DNA of 64,000 bases from Eukaryota sp. GEM-RC1 (GCA_040285855.1 JAUFOQ010000004.1:124001-188000), one strand, 5' to 3'. Positions 1-11,339 are shown, counted from the stretch's first letter. The notes: generated by a model from the letters alone, not told the origin. Made by a program: numbers and translations.

Positions 1-135
1 TACAATCAGTAAAATTAGATTTGATTCAGTTCATTCTGAAGCCCAGTACTTCTTGTTGGGGAATAGGAATAGATAGTCCATGTCTATGACCATGTCCATT
101 CCTGTGTATAACAAATAAATCAGATGTATTCGTTC

Positions 136-768
136 CATAGATCGAAATGCGAACGTGTTATTCAGTTGCCGCACGTATTCCGCACGTGCGCGTATGGAGT
201 ACAGCAGAACACGTGCGAGAATACCGTATTCTTACATAAACACGTGTTGCATTTTTTTATCATATGGTTCATTACATTAGACATTACAGTGATGCTGTAA
301 ATGAGTTTTATGATTACGAGAACAAACGTAGCTTTTTCAAAAAAAACAACCATCATGGCAAGAAATGGAGAAAATGTTCACCCAAATCTTTGTGAGAAAA
401 AATGGCTCACGAGATGGTATTCTTCGTTCAGTACCAATCCAAATTGTAATTCAGCTGTCGATAGAAATTGGATTGTACACTGCATCATTAAAACCAAGAA
501 ACGCAATAGGATGAAAGCTTCACTCCTGCATGATTTGGTATTTCTTTACGCCAATCAAAGACAGAAACACCAGAATCGCCTACCTTATTGAAGAGTGGTA
601 GATTTGGTTTCATCAATAGTATCGCATAATATTAAATAGGTGATGGTTAACTGAAAAGAGTATTAAGAAGAAGAATACGCTGGAATACGGTAAAAAGAAG
701 CCGCACGTATTCCGCACGTGCGCGTATGGAGTACGTTACCGAACGTGCCGTACGCATTTCGAACTATG
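136..768 (+). mobile_element. Non-autonomous hAT element with a transposase C-terminal remnant
   Basis: 20-bp TIR CATAGATCGAAATGCGAACG (136-155) vs 749-768 with 2 mismatches. Perfect 8-bp TSD ATTCGTTC (128-135, 769-776). 35-bp subterminal direct repeat at 168-202 and 700-734. ORF 301-591 has the hAT dimerisation-like motif SAVDRNW...KTKKRNRM. Confidence 0.9.
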
Positions 769-814
769 ATTCGTTCTGAAGCAAATTGACTGCAAACGTG
801 ATGGTTTTGCAAAA

Positions 815-2117
815 TTGATTGTTTCACACGATGTTCCTCTCCTTGGTCTGTTCTTGACTATCATAACAGTCACAACATGCTTTCCCCGTTTGCCTCTGTC
901 CTGGTCTGCCACTGTGGTTGTAACTGATCCGTATTTCGGAGAGAGTAGTTTCAAGTACCTTCATGATTTGCCCCATGAACGAGCTCGTTCTGAATCGCTG
1001 TCCTCAGACAGTTTGTTTTATGTTTAATTACCTTTCCATAGTCATTCAGATTTTCCGTTACTCAGATTCAGATAGATCCTCATACATCATCAAACCTGTC
1101 CACGGAAAGGACCATTGTGTTGTAGCACCTGCAGTGAACCCGATCTTCCCATCTGTAATTCCGGATGAAGCTCGCTTTCTGTTCAAGACTGAGGTCACAG
1201 GCTTTCCAGTCTCTTTATGGAGAGCAGATTATCAGAACTACTCCCATTCATGGTTTGTTTACTTCAACTTATTCGGTGAGTATCAACTCATACGCTTCCT
1301 TCTCCACACAGATGTTAACGTCTTCGTATGTTTTTCCTCTTTAGCTTACCGCAGCAAGTTGATGTATACGATATGAAGCCTGTTCACTTCGATTACTCCG
1401 ATATTCTTTTTGATGCCCATGCTTACAATTGTCCTGGTCCCAAACCACCCACCAATTTCACTGTTACTGGAACCCTTTCGGATTTAAACACTTCTTTTCC
1501 TATTGGAAACATTACCATTAAATTAGATGGTAAAACCTCTACTCAAACAACAACTTCTTTAAGTGACGGTCGTTTCTCTTTTAAAGGAGTTGTTCCTGGA
1601 ACTCTACACCATTTCTGTTCATCCTGTCTACTACGAGCCATTGTCAACCAGGATCAAAGTTCCCAGTCAGTTAGTTGCTGACCTTAAATTAAAGAAGAGA
1701 AGTGGAGATTGGTTAATTGGATTCTTTAATGGACCAATATTGCCTGAAAAACATTCCAACCTGTACATGTATCTTTATGATATTTGTGAACTCTATTTTG
1801 CCAGCGTTTTGTATCAGTGTAAAGTTGGTGATACATTTGCGAAATATGCAGTTGCGAGAGACTACTCTTGGCAGTCAATCACAGTCACCAATCACGGCTT
1901 ATATCACGATAGGACATCACCTGTTTATGTTAAGCAATGGAAGAGACAGCCCGTCCCTTTTGTTGGATCTAAATGTTATGCCAAAATTTACAATGGTGAT
2001 AAGCTTCTTCACACTTTGGTTGTCCCTGATGAGGGTTCAGTCAAAGATAATCGTTGGAATATTGGTTATATTGATGGATTTAATTTTGTAGTCCAAAATG
2101 AGTTGGTAGAAGAGTAG
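815..2117 (+). CDS. Secreted protein with a carboxypeptidase-regulatory-like beta-sandwich domain, split over 4 overlapping ORFs
   Basis: Hydrophobic N-terminus; TVTGTLSD...TTSLSDGRFSFKGVVPG.YTISV pattern; consecutive overlapping ORFs. Exact start and junctions are uncertain. Confidence 0.4.
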
Positions 2118-2199
2118 AACTGCTTATTGTAAATAACTTTTGTTCTCTTGCTTGTTTTTTATTCATACATCGCCTTAATCCACTATTTGAAATCAATAT

Positions 2200-2990
2200 T
2201 GGAACATCAAGTATAAATTGACTGGAATCAATAAAAGGACTATGTAAGTCACCTCGACGAGCATTGTTAATTAAATCAAGACCAAACTTACCAAATACGG
2301 TTCAATTTTAGTTAACTCTTCTTTTATGGAACAAAAACACTAAAATAAACACAAATACTAGAACTCAATATCATTGAAGCAACAATCATTACCATTAAAC
2401 TCACATCAGCTTTTTCTTCATAAAAAACACTGAGAGCTAATAGAGCTTTTGAAATCATGATAGGAATTGTTTCAAATATTGTAAAAACAAAACAATTCAA
2501 CCAACTATACTATACTTTGGTTCAATTTTGACATGAAATCTACGAGCTTTAAACATTTCACAAGTAAGTAACATCTCTGACAGCATTATGAAGAACAGAA
2601 CGCAATTGAATGAATTTGGAGCAATTAATTACATGTCAAAAAGTTGCATTGCGACGATGAATACATACACATTCCGAAGTGTCGAGCAATTCAGTAGGAG
2701 ACAAACCTAAACGTTAGTGTATATGGCATATGCAATTTCCAAGCCTTATCAGACAAATGCAAACCAAAAGGATGTGGTTGTTGAGTGATCAAACAAGTTG
2801 AATACCTAACACCATTTAAGAAAGCAGCAAAAACGGGATTATTAATTATAATAACAGTGAAACGATTTTCGAAACCAACATTATTGTAAATTAGTTTTCA
2901 AACACGAGGTGACGATCAAGAAATACGTAAACCAATGTCAACATTAGATAACAGCAACGCTAACGCTGTGTTGAACATGATTTCATATTG
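2200..2990 (-). mobile_element. Decayed CRE-like RLE non-LTR retrotransposon fragment, with a 209-bp insert (2310-2518) of another LINE 3' end
   Basis: Reverse complement aligns by eye to the copy at 30975-31330 (GATCACTCAACAACCAC...GGTTTGCATTTGTCTGAT...CTCGTCGAGGTGACTTACAT). The insert is flanked by an 11-bp duplication GGTTCAATTTT (2299-2309, 2519-2529). Confidence 0.8.
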
Positions 2991-3053
2991 TTGATGAACA
3001 TGTAAAAAGGCCTTCATGATGACGTGACAAATTTGTGGGGGCATGGCTAACAT

Positions 3054-3710
3054 CAGGGCTCCTCACAAATAAATATAAATTCTATTTATTTCTATTCATT
3101 TCTATTTCTATTTATTTTTGAGCCTTTTTGGCGATCATGCAAATAAAACAAAATAAAACAAAATATAAATAAATATAAATAAAATGTCGGAACGAAAACT
3201 TCATTGATGTACATAGTACACGAGTAAATTTAGTGCTCAAGGTTGTTGATTGACTTGAAACATGATGTGTGAAATATTCAAGCTCAGCCCAGAATCAAAG
3301 TCAAGTCATTTTTCCTCAAACTTTGACTTTTCAATGTCGAACGTAACCGAAGCAGACGAGCCTATATCTGTGCGCTAAGCCAATCCCACAACTATATCCA
3401 GACGTATGATCAGTGAACGATTCTAATGGTCGTCCACGATGCTGAACTTCGAACTAATGTCGAAGACCCACAGGTGGTGGCAACACAGTCAGAGTAATTT
3501 TACGAAGCAGAAAGTCAACTAACCGTTTTCGATAAGAAAGGGATGATCAAATGGATTGTGTAATCATCGATAGTGACTGAGACAAACTCTACTAATAAAA
3601 TATTTTGTTTTTATTTGGGTTTTATTTTGTTTTAATTATATTTATTTCACATTTATTTTTGGCACTTTTTGATGTTCAAATTATTTTAAATTATCTTATG
3701 AGAGGGCCTG
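3054..3710. mobile_element. hAT-type non-autonomous element (MITE family A)
   Basis: Termini CAGGGCTCCTCA / TGAGAGGGCCTG; perfect 8-bp TSD GCTAACAT (3046-3053, 3711-3718); second copy at 30719-35256. Confidence 0.9.
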
Positions 3711-3752
3711 GCTAACATACAACTTAGTGATAATTACGTCTTGAATCTGATA

Positions 3753-4739
3753 CAGTCTACCCTCCCAATATGACCACCCTCCGAATAAGTCCACCCTCCC
3801 ATTATGACCAAATTTTCACTGTCCGACTTTTTGTCTTCCCTTAACCGATTCCCTTACTCAAAATAACATGTTTCCTTTTTCGTATCTTCGGTGTCAACAT
3901 TAGCGTGATCTCTTTCGATCATGTTTTTGATGGTTTTCATAACAAAACTCACATTTTTGACTTCACATATCTATATCCTATTGCTACAACATCTTTGATG
4001 GCTCACGTGTTGTGAATTATCACTTGGCTAAGACAATCTCATGTGTTCTGGTCAGATCTTATTCCTTATAATCTCCTCCCCCTCGAACCACTCTAGATCA
4101 TGTCAAACAATGTTTTGGTCTTGTCTGTGGAGGAAAATTGTGTTGAGAGGGAAGCTCTCTCAAAAACAGTCACTTCCCCTCAGTAACGCCTTTTCAGCAT
4201 TCCTCCTTCATCACAATCACCAGAAATTCTGTTGTGCACTAGTACGTTCATAGTTCTCTCCTATTTGAATGTTGGTGAACATTTTTTCCTCCAAATAACG
4301 CTTATCCGCTTGCTGTGAGTCATAGCACTTCATCCTCGTCCTAGATAGGCGCTTTGAAAGTTATTGCCTTCCTTTTATCGCGATCTGTGATCCTGTACAA
4401 GATCATTGCTCTGGTGATCTTAGCCTTTACACTTTCACTCTATAGTTGTTATCTGTTGATAAAAGCTGGAAGCAGTGGTCAAACTCTCTGTAGTAGTTCA
4501 TATTCATCAAAATTGTCACAATGTCTCCTTGTTTTTCCCCAAACATCTGTTCACCTAACTGGTGATAGATCCAGCTCCAATTCTCCCTTCAATTGACGCA
4601 CGGTTGTCTTAGCTTGTTGTTTTATTTGTTATAAACGATCGACGATCGCTGTTCATTCTATAAAAACCAAACCCTCCGAATAAGTCCACCCTCCCAATAA
4701 GTCTGGTCCGACACCTGGTCATATTGGGAGGGTAGACTG
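3753..4739. mobile_element. Tc1/mariner-pogo-type non-autonomous DNA transposon
   Basis: Perfect 24-bp TIR CAGTCTACCCTCCCAATATGACCA; TA on both flanks (3751-3752, 4740-4741); subterminal ACCCTCCGAATAAGTCC repeats at both ends; no intact transposase. Confidence 0.9.
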
Positions 4740-4810
4740 TATTTGTTTCACGGACATGTTGTCTAAAATAAACAACGGATTGTCAAATCGGTAAATTAGA
4801 TTCAACTTCA

Positions 4811-6080
4811 ATGACCGACAAAACATCCTTTTTATGTCTTGCGGGGGGAGCGTCTGCTCGCTTTTACCCCTGTAACAAGATCTTCTCTCGTCTAATCGAC
4901 CCAACTAGATCTATGATCCAACAGACACTTGATCGAATTATTGTCCCAACTGATGTCAGTCCTCCTTTAGGTAGCGCTTCTGACTTCTACATTATTACTG
5001 GGCCTGCTTTTGCTGATACCATGAAAACAGAACTTTCTGAACTTCCTGATGGCAACATTTTCATCGAACCTGGACGTCGTAACACTCTTCCTGCCATTCT
5101 TTGGTCTCTTTCACTTCTCAAAAGCAAAGGCCTTCCCCCCTTCTAGTGTTGTTGCTGTTGTCACTGCTGATCACGTCATTCCAGATATCACTTCCTTCCG
5201 ATCATGTCTTCAAACATCAATCTCCATTGCTAAGAACAACAATGTCATCGTCACAATTGGAATCGATCCTTCAACTTCCCCCCAAGAATGGACATCCTTT
5301 GGAACCCTCAAAGCAGACCGTTCTATCCTAGATCCCTTCTCACCTCTTCTTAGATTTGAAGAAAAGCCTTCCTTGGACAGAGCTGAAGAGATGATCGAAC
5401 AAGGGGAGTGGTACTGGAACTCTGGTATGTTCTGCTTCCAAATCGGTACCTTAGAGTCTGCCCTCCAGGACCTCCAACCATCCATGTACTCTCTCTATTG
5501 CTCAATGAACTCAGCACATAACGAGAACAATTCCAAACTTGCAGAGGCTCTTTTTGCTCAATTCCCTTCTCAAATCACTCATCCTCTTGTACCCTTCTCC
5601 CTTGCTGACAACTCTATTGATTATGCTCTCATGGTTCCTCTGACTCTCTCTACACAACCTCTCTCTGTTTCTGGAGCTGTAGTACCTGGAACGTTTACTT
5701 GGATTGACATTGGTAGTTGGTCTGCTTTGAGAAAGGTCAAAAAACCTGATGAACATGGGAATATTGTTTTAGGAGATGTCGATTGTAATGACTGTTCAGA
5801 TTGTATAATTGTAGCTGAAGAAGGAAGAAGAATCAAGACAAGAGGTTTAAAAGGAGAAGTTGTTGTTAGTAGCAAGGAAGGGAAGTTGTTGATATGTCCT
5901 GCTAATTCTGCAGCGGAAGTAAAGCAGTTATTGTCCATGATTGATAATGATGATTTTGACTCGATTGGATTTGATTACGGTGATTGTGAGCTTCATGGAA
6001 AACTCATTTCCCTTTTCAAAGTCTCCTCGCTATATGTAAATAATGCTAGTCAAGAAGTTGTAGTTGAAAAGAGGAGGTAG
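4811..6080 (+). CDS. manC: Mannose-1-phosphate guanylyltransferase, bacterial ManC/GMP type (one frameshift near 5135-5140)
   Basis: Motifs LAGGASARFYP, EPGRRNTLPAI, ADHVI, FEEKP, WNSGMFCF, SIDYALM, WIDIGSWSAL; ORFs 4811-5146 and 5049-6080 join at a C-run. Confidence 0.85.
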
Positions 6081-6182
6081 TGTACATTTGTGTGATTTTA
6101 TTGCGCACATCATTGGAACGTATTTCCAATTGATTGGTGACGAGTATAATACAGAAAATTAAAATATTCAAATAAATGAATC

Positions 6183-7220
6183 CTAGTCGGACCCTACACT
6201 TTCCTTAAACAACCTGCCAACATCAACTCTATTGCTAGGTATTATCACGTCATCAATCAAATCTGATTGATGTGACCGTAGACGTGATACAGATGATAAC
6301 AGTGACCTATTCTCGTTTTCAAAAGCGAAATAGTCTATTAATGGTACGTGAATAAGTAATGATTTGCTGTCCAATTGAAGACTTCCAAAGACTCTAGTCA
6401 CTAGATTCAACCTTGAAGCTCCCGACTCATCACGTGATTGATTGTTCTTGATTGAGAGAATCATTCGCGTGATATTAATCATTGACTGCGACAGCCACTT
6501 GGATTCCGGTGACGAGCGTTGAGTTTTGATCCCAGTCATTGACGATAGAAAGAGGAAGGTTTTGTCATGAAGGTAAACGAGAAACATGACCATGCAGGGA
6601 CTACAAGAGGACAGTTTAGAAAGGTTCTTAACAAGACGTGGACGCCAAATATCTTGAGAAGCGAAAGAATATCTGGGGAGATTTGAAAGAGTCTTTGAGT
6701 AGCGGGAGAGGGTGTTGCAGGAGACCAGATCGTACTCCGAAGAACGGTTGACAAGGAGGAAGGAGAAGGAGACTGGGACTGACATTGAGAAGGATCTGGC
6801 TCGGAAGTAGGAGAATAACTCACTGAAAATGCCAGGGAAGGAGTCCTCCTTGGTGCTCCAACCAATGGAAAGAAGTCGTTGAGTGATAGGAGGGCCTTCC
6901 AGGAGCAAGCAAGCATCACTATAACCAGACAAAAATGATGAAAATAGAGAGTTATATGCTAAAGAAAGAGAGATTGTTATGGGGATAGACGATGGAGTGA
7001 GAAAATCCACAATGTATTTTACATGGTCGTTAGTAAGCCATATGAGTTGATTCTGTGAAAACTGATCAAATGAGATGATAGAACGAAGAAGATAAGACTG
7101 TACATCAGAAGATAACGACCCAGCACGAACAAATGTTTGAGTGACTGAAGTTTGGGATGATATTGAGACAGGCCAAATACTTGGTGGAGGCCTCAATATG
7201 GTGATAGTTACTGAGGGCAT
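6183..7220 (-). CDS. Hypothetical protein, possibly a highly degenerate kinesin motor-like domain
   Basis: Long ORF. Weak kinesin-like order of motifs (VTITILRP; SFLLVN..EYDLV; NITRMILSI; SRLNLVTRVFGSL), but no P-loop or switch motifs. Confidence 0.4.
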   Translation of the reverse strand: MPSVTITILRPPPSIWPVSISSQTSVTQTFVRAGSLSSDVQSYLLRSIISFDQFSQNQLIWLTNDHVKYIVDFLTPSSIPITISLSLAYNSLFSSFLSGYSDACLLLEGPPITQRLLSIGWSTKEDSFPGIFSELFSYFRARSFSMSVPVSFSFLLVNRSSEYDLVSCNTLSRYSKTLSNLPRYSFASQDIWRPRLVKNLSKLSSCSPCMVMFLVYLHDKTFLFLSSMTGIKTQRSSPESKWLSQSMINITRMILSIKNNQSRDESGASRLNLVTRVFGSLQLDSKSLLIHVPLIDYFAFENENRSLLSSVSRLRSHQSDLIDDVIIPSNRVDVGRLFKESVGSD

Positions 7221-7260
7221 TTCATTTAATGAGTGATGAGGTAATTGGAGTAGTGGCAAA

Positions 7261-7591
7261 ATGTCCGTTGCAGTGGATCCCGTCTCCGTTTCGGAGATAA
7301 TGCCTCTGGAGCTATTAGATCAGTGTACAGGCTCTACTATATGGGTTCTGCTGAAATCCAATATTGAGTTTATTGGAACCCTTCAAGGATTTGACCAGTT
7401 TACTAGTATGTTTTACTCATGATAACCTTAGATCTTGTTCTTGAAAATGTTACAGAAATGTTATGACACTACAACCTTCTTATTGCAGTTCTTACACTTC
7501 TTCGAGAGAAAAAACTGAGAAACATCACACCAAAATGATGCTTAACGGCTCTCATGTCGCAGTCATGATTCCTGGCGGACCTCGATCTTAG
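7261..7591 (+). CDS. LSM5: U6 snRNA-associated Sm-like protein LSm5 (introns 7406-7431 and 7460-7488; absent from the ORF track)
   Basis: Spliced translation MSVAVDPVSVSEIMPLELLDQCTGSTIWVLLKSNIEFIGTLQGFDQFTNLVLENVTEI...MMLNGSHVAVMIPGGPRS matches the LSm5 pattern. The 26-nt and 29-nt GT-AG introns keep the frame. Confidence 0.9.
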
Positions 7592-7888
7592 TCTACATTA
7601 CTGCCTGTTCTTCTTCCCTTCTTTCCTTCTTCCCCCAGGCTTCTACTTTGTTTCCAATTGGTTTCTAATTTGTTTTTTATTTGTTACTCTTTCGTGTTGA
7701 ATTATCGATGACTCATCTTTTATTTTTGGTTTGGAAGTTTCAAATTTTCGATGTCTTGTCGTTATTGGTTTATAAATATAATAAATTACCGAAACTTGAT
7801 ATGATTCATGCAACACCCTTCAAATAAAAATCTCAATTGAGTGAATTGTTATCACTTCTGGTGTTTACATAAAACAAAACACTTTTGC

Positions 7889-9038
7889 AAATTTATTAAA
7901 CTATTCAACTTGCCCTTGTGGAGCTAATGGAGTTTTGCATCATATAAGTAATTGTCGTTATTTTATTCATCTACGTGCAGTAATTCATGATGGTGTACGT
8001 GATTCTTGTTATTTCAGGTTTAAAGCACACGGTTTTCACTCTAAAGCAGGGATGCGAAAAAATATATTTATTTAAATAAATTATTGTTCCCGACGAAAAT
8101 AAATATATTGTTATTGTTGTGGCCAACAATAAATATATTGGTATTGTCAAGTTTGGAAATAAATAAATGAATATATTGGCAATATTTCTACGCAATCCGA
8201 TGACTCATTTTTTTGTGGTCTATTCGCCATTATCCGTAAAATTTCCTTCACTGTCCAACAACCAGGTCAAGGGTTAGTATTAAGACTGTTGCGAACAGTA
8301 TCTTCACCATAGATTAGAGTTATACATCAATAAAAGTTGTTTTTCCAGACTTGATGTATGTAGTCTTGTGCGAAGGGTTTCAGCAGTCACATTAGCACGA
8401 CTAAATAGTCCTTCTATTTGCTTGGATGGACCTGTTATAAAATCAATCTAGTGAGATTTGGATTAATGAGAATCAGGGACATTTTACAAACGCTCTGGTA
8501 TGTCCCACGCAAAAAGTTCTTCTGAATGTTTCTCACTCTTACGATCATCAGTTCTTGATTGCAGTTTAGACTTTGTTGAACTACATCAGTTCAAAAGCCA
8601 AACAGTCAACAATTTGACGTAAACAAATAGTATACTCTATTGTATAGGTTGTTTTTCCTGAAGCGAAAGCCCTTCAGAGAACTACTGCCCCCACATCACA
8701 TCTTCTTGCTCCCAAATGGAAGCAAAATTGCATGTAACATGAAACAGATGGATGATTTTAGTGAAGAAAATTATTGCCACAATAAACAATATTATTGCAA
8801 TATTATTGTTTACTGCCGGGACTCACAATAAATATATTGTTATTGTTTTGACCAACAATAAATTTATTGTGAATATTTATTGCAATAAATAAAATAACAA
8901 TATATTTTTTCGAATCCCTGCTCTAAAGTTGAACCAGTTTTGAATCACATTTTAGAAAGTGAAAGATTAATCTTAGTATTATTTGTTTGAATTTCATAGT
9001 TTTGTAGGAAGGTTACCTTATTGGGTACCGAATAAAGT
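7889..9038 (+). mobile_element. Internally deleted CRE-like LINE fragment, split by a hAT element
   Basis: 7889-8046 plus 8929-8960 match 38000-38190; ends in the family 3' motif TTTTGTAGGAAGGTTACCTTATTGGGTACCGAATAAAGT. Confidence 0.8.
8047..8920 (-). mobile_element. hAT deletion derivative
   Basis: TIR CAGGGATGCGAAAAAA / TTTTTTCGAATCCCTG; perfect TSD CTCTAAAG (8039-8046, 8921-8928); minus-strand remnant IEGLFSRANVTAETLRTRLHTSSLEKQLLLMYN resembling the hAT dimerisation domain. Confidence 0.9.
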
Positions 9039-9576
9039 AATGCATCTCTTTTCGATTGTGAGATTTAAGCCAATATCTTCATTCAGGCGTCTTATGAGGC
9101 ATATAATTTGCTATTTGTAATAAGAATTATTTGTTATTAAGACGGGACTTCGGCTTATTGTTAAATGAGCTTCGTTGGGGGATCTAAGATAAATAACGGC
9201 GAATTCTTCAAATTCAATAACACCACATTGTAGTACATCTTTCTGTCTGACTTTTCAGCAAAGGTTTTGGTTGAATCGCAACGTTGTTATAATCCAAAAA
9301 AAAACATTTGTCTTGATCTCAAAAACTCATTTTTTCTCTTTTTGGTAGTAAGAGAGCTGTATTGAAACAATAATGATGGATGATATGATGCATGTTGAGT
9401 TTCCATTCGATTTAATCAAGATGTTTATTCTTGGTATTTTGTTCAACAGAACGGTAAAAGATTAAGATGTAAAAAGACATCAAGAATTTGTGTCAGGTGT
9501 AGTGAGTTCATGACGGATGAATATATTTGGGCATTATTTCAATACGGCATTGGCACCATAACTACATGTACATGCA

Positions 9577-10050
9577 TTATAGTAGTTTCAAGTGCTGTGT
9601 AACCGAGTCAATAACAGAGACTGGACCAGGACCTATCCCAAGAACAGTAACAGAGTTTGGAGCTATTTGGGTTCGTCCAGCATCAACAACAGTGTATGTG
9701 GGCAAATCCAGTGCTTTGGCTTTCTCTTTCAATGCTAGGAGCTCTTCTTCTGTTGAAACTGAAAGAGCGACTTTGGCCTCACCACGGTGTCTCCAATGTT
9801 TCAATAACGGCTGTACTGATTCTTGACTCATTATACCAGATACAGCATGACCACATTGAGCAGCAATTTTGCCTTTTTTCATTTTTAAATCCGATCTAAC
9901 ACACATAACCAGTTTGAATTCTTCTGATGTGGGGAAAGAATATGATGATGATGGAGATTTGGTGGTTTGCTTCTTAAGCCCCAAGTATCGTATAAGAGTG
10001 ACAGTTGCAGCACCCAAAGCGAATCCAAGTATGTAATGAACAACAGTCAT
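9577..10050 (-). CDS. PTH2: Peptidyl-tRNA hydrolase 2
   Basis: KLVMCVRSDLKMKKGKIAAQCGHA, DAGRTQIAPNSVTVLGIGP, C-terminal HLKLL, N-terminal TM helix. Confidence 0.95.
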   Translation of the reverse strand: MTVVHYILGFALGAATVTLIRYLGLKKQTTKSPSSSYSFPTSEEFKLVMCVRSDLKMKKGKIAAQCGHAVSGIMSQESVQPLLKHWRHRGEAKVALSVSTEEELLALKEKAKALDLPTYTVVDAGRTQIAPNSVTVLGIGPGPVSVIDSVTQHLKLL

Positions 10051-10163
10051 TTAGATAAGAAAAAATGATCTGATTGAATTGGGATTTATTGTCCACAAGC
10101 TCTCTACACCAGCTGAGTAACAAGCGAACTCTGCTTCCAACTATTGTTCATTTGACTGTCGAT

Positions 10164-11339
10164 ATGCCTGTCATAAAGGATCCTTTCAGAAGAACTGTTT
10201 CTTACATTGCTTCTTTCCTTTCACTTGCTTCTCAATTGTTATTACAACATTCAACTGTTTTTAGTCCAGTTGTTCTATCTCTAGAACTTCCAATCTATGA
10301 GAAACACGGTTCTCTACTTTCTGATACCGACTCTCATGTTTCTAGATCTAACATAACTATCCCTGGTTCACTTACCAAAGACTACCACATCACTTATTCC
10401 TATCTATCCAATGGTAACACAATTCCCTTAGTTCTATTCAGTTTTTCCTTCTCTCCTACATCATTGGTGTATTCTGATAGCAATGTCAGTAAGTCTGATC
10501 GTTCCTACTGCATCTCTTCTTACAGTAGGTTAACCACTCTATTACGTTCCATTCCTTTCCTCTTCAACACCCTTCCAATATCCTCCCTTCCTCCTCATGT
10601 CTTCAATAACTTTATCATCTCTACAGACTTCCCCACCAACCTCCCATCTATTCTCCCTTTGAGTAATCTATCCAACTTCAAAATCCCTTCCCCTCAATCT
10701 CATGTTTCCACTGTTTCAACTCTCGTGGGGACTGTTACTCTAACAATGTCCTATTGTCAGTCCCTCCCTTCCCAAGTTTCATCTTCTACTTTTACTAACG
10801 TCGTTTGCGACTCTTACCTTGCTTCTGGATCTTCCCCCATCAGTCTTGATACCTCTGTTCCTCCTCGTAGATCCTCTCTTAGTTGTTCTCTCTCTTCCAA
10901 ACGAGGATCTTTCTCCTTTTCTCTAAATACTCCTCGTGCTAGAAGTGGCTCTAATGTATCTACAATGAGCGATGTTTTCTACAGGGAGCCACCGGATCTC
11001 CTTTTTGACATGAAAGTCAGAGTTTTCCCCGCTGTTGATGGTCAATGTTCACCTTTACCTCAAGAGTTAAAATTCTTTTACACCTTTGAAGATTCTCTTT
11101 TCAGTCCACTAATTGACATTGGATCTTCTCTAGATTCCATGTTCTCTCCTTGCTCTCCTGAAAAGACTGTTACAGAAACAGAGCTGGAAGTTGAGGAGTT
11201 TGTGGAGGAGAAGGTTCATGTTAAACCTTTGACTAGATTCCTGGATTCCTTAGTTGAACAATTCTCTCTTTCTGTGGAAGTTTTATCTTCAGAGTCTCGT
11301 AATGGAATTTTAGATAGTCTGTCAAGGTTATCATTGTAA
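10164..11339 (+). CDS. ATG13: ATG13-like protein (N-terminal HORMA-like domain plus Ser-rich tail)
   Basis: YSRLTTLLRSI...TLP and VSTLVGTVTLTMSY resemble conserved Atg13 HORMA segments, followed by a Ser-rich disordered region. Confidence 0.55.
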   Translation: MPVIKDPFRRTVSYIASFLSLASQLLLQHSTVFSPVVLSLELPIYEKHGSLLSDTDSHVSRSNITIPGSLTKDYHITYSYLSNGNTIPLVLFSFSFSPTSLVYSDSNVSKSDRSYCISSYSRLTTLLRSIPFLFNTLPISSLPPHVFNNFIISTDFPTNLPSILPLSNLSNFKIPSPQSHVSTVSTLVGTVTLTMSYCQSLPSQVSSSTFTNVVCDSYLASGSSPISLDTSVPPRRSSLSCSLSSKRGSFSFSLNTPRARSGSNVSTMSDVFYREPPDLLFDMKVRVFPAVDGQCSPLPQELKFFYTFEDSLFSPLIDIGSSLDSMFSPCSPEKTVTETELEVEEFVEEKVHVKPLTRFLDSLVEQFSLSVEVLSSESRNGILDSLSRLSL

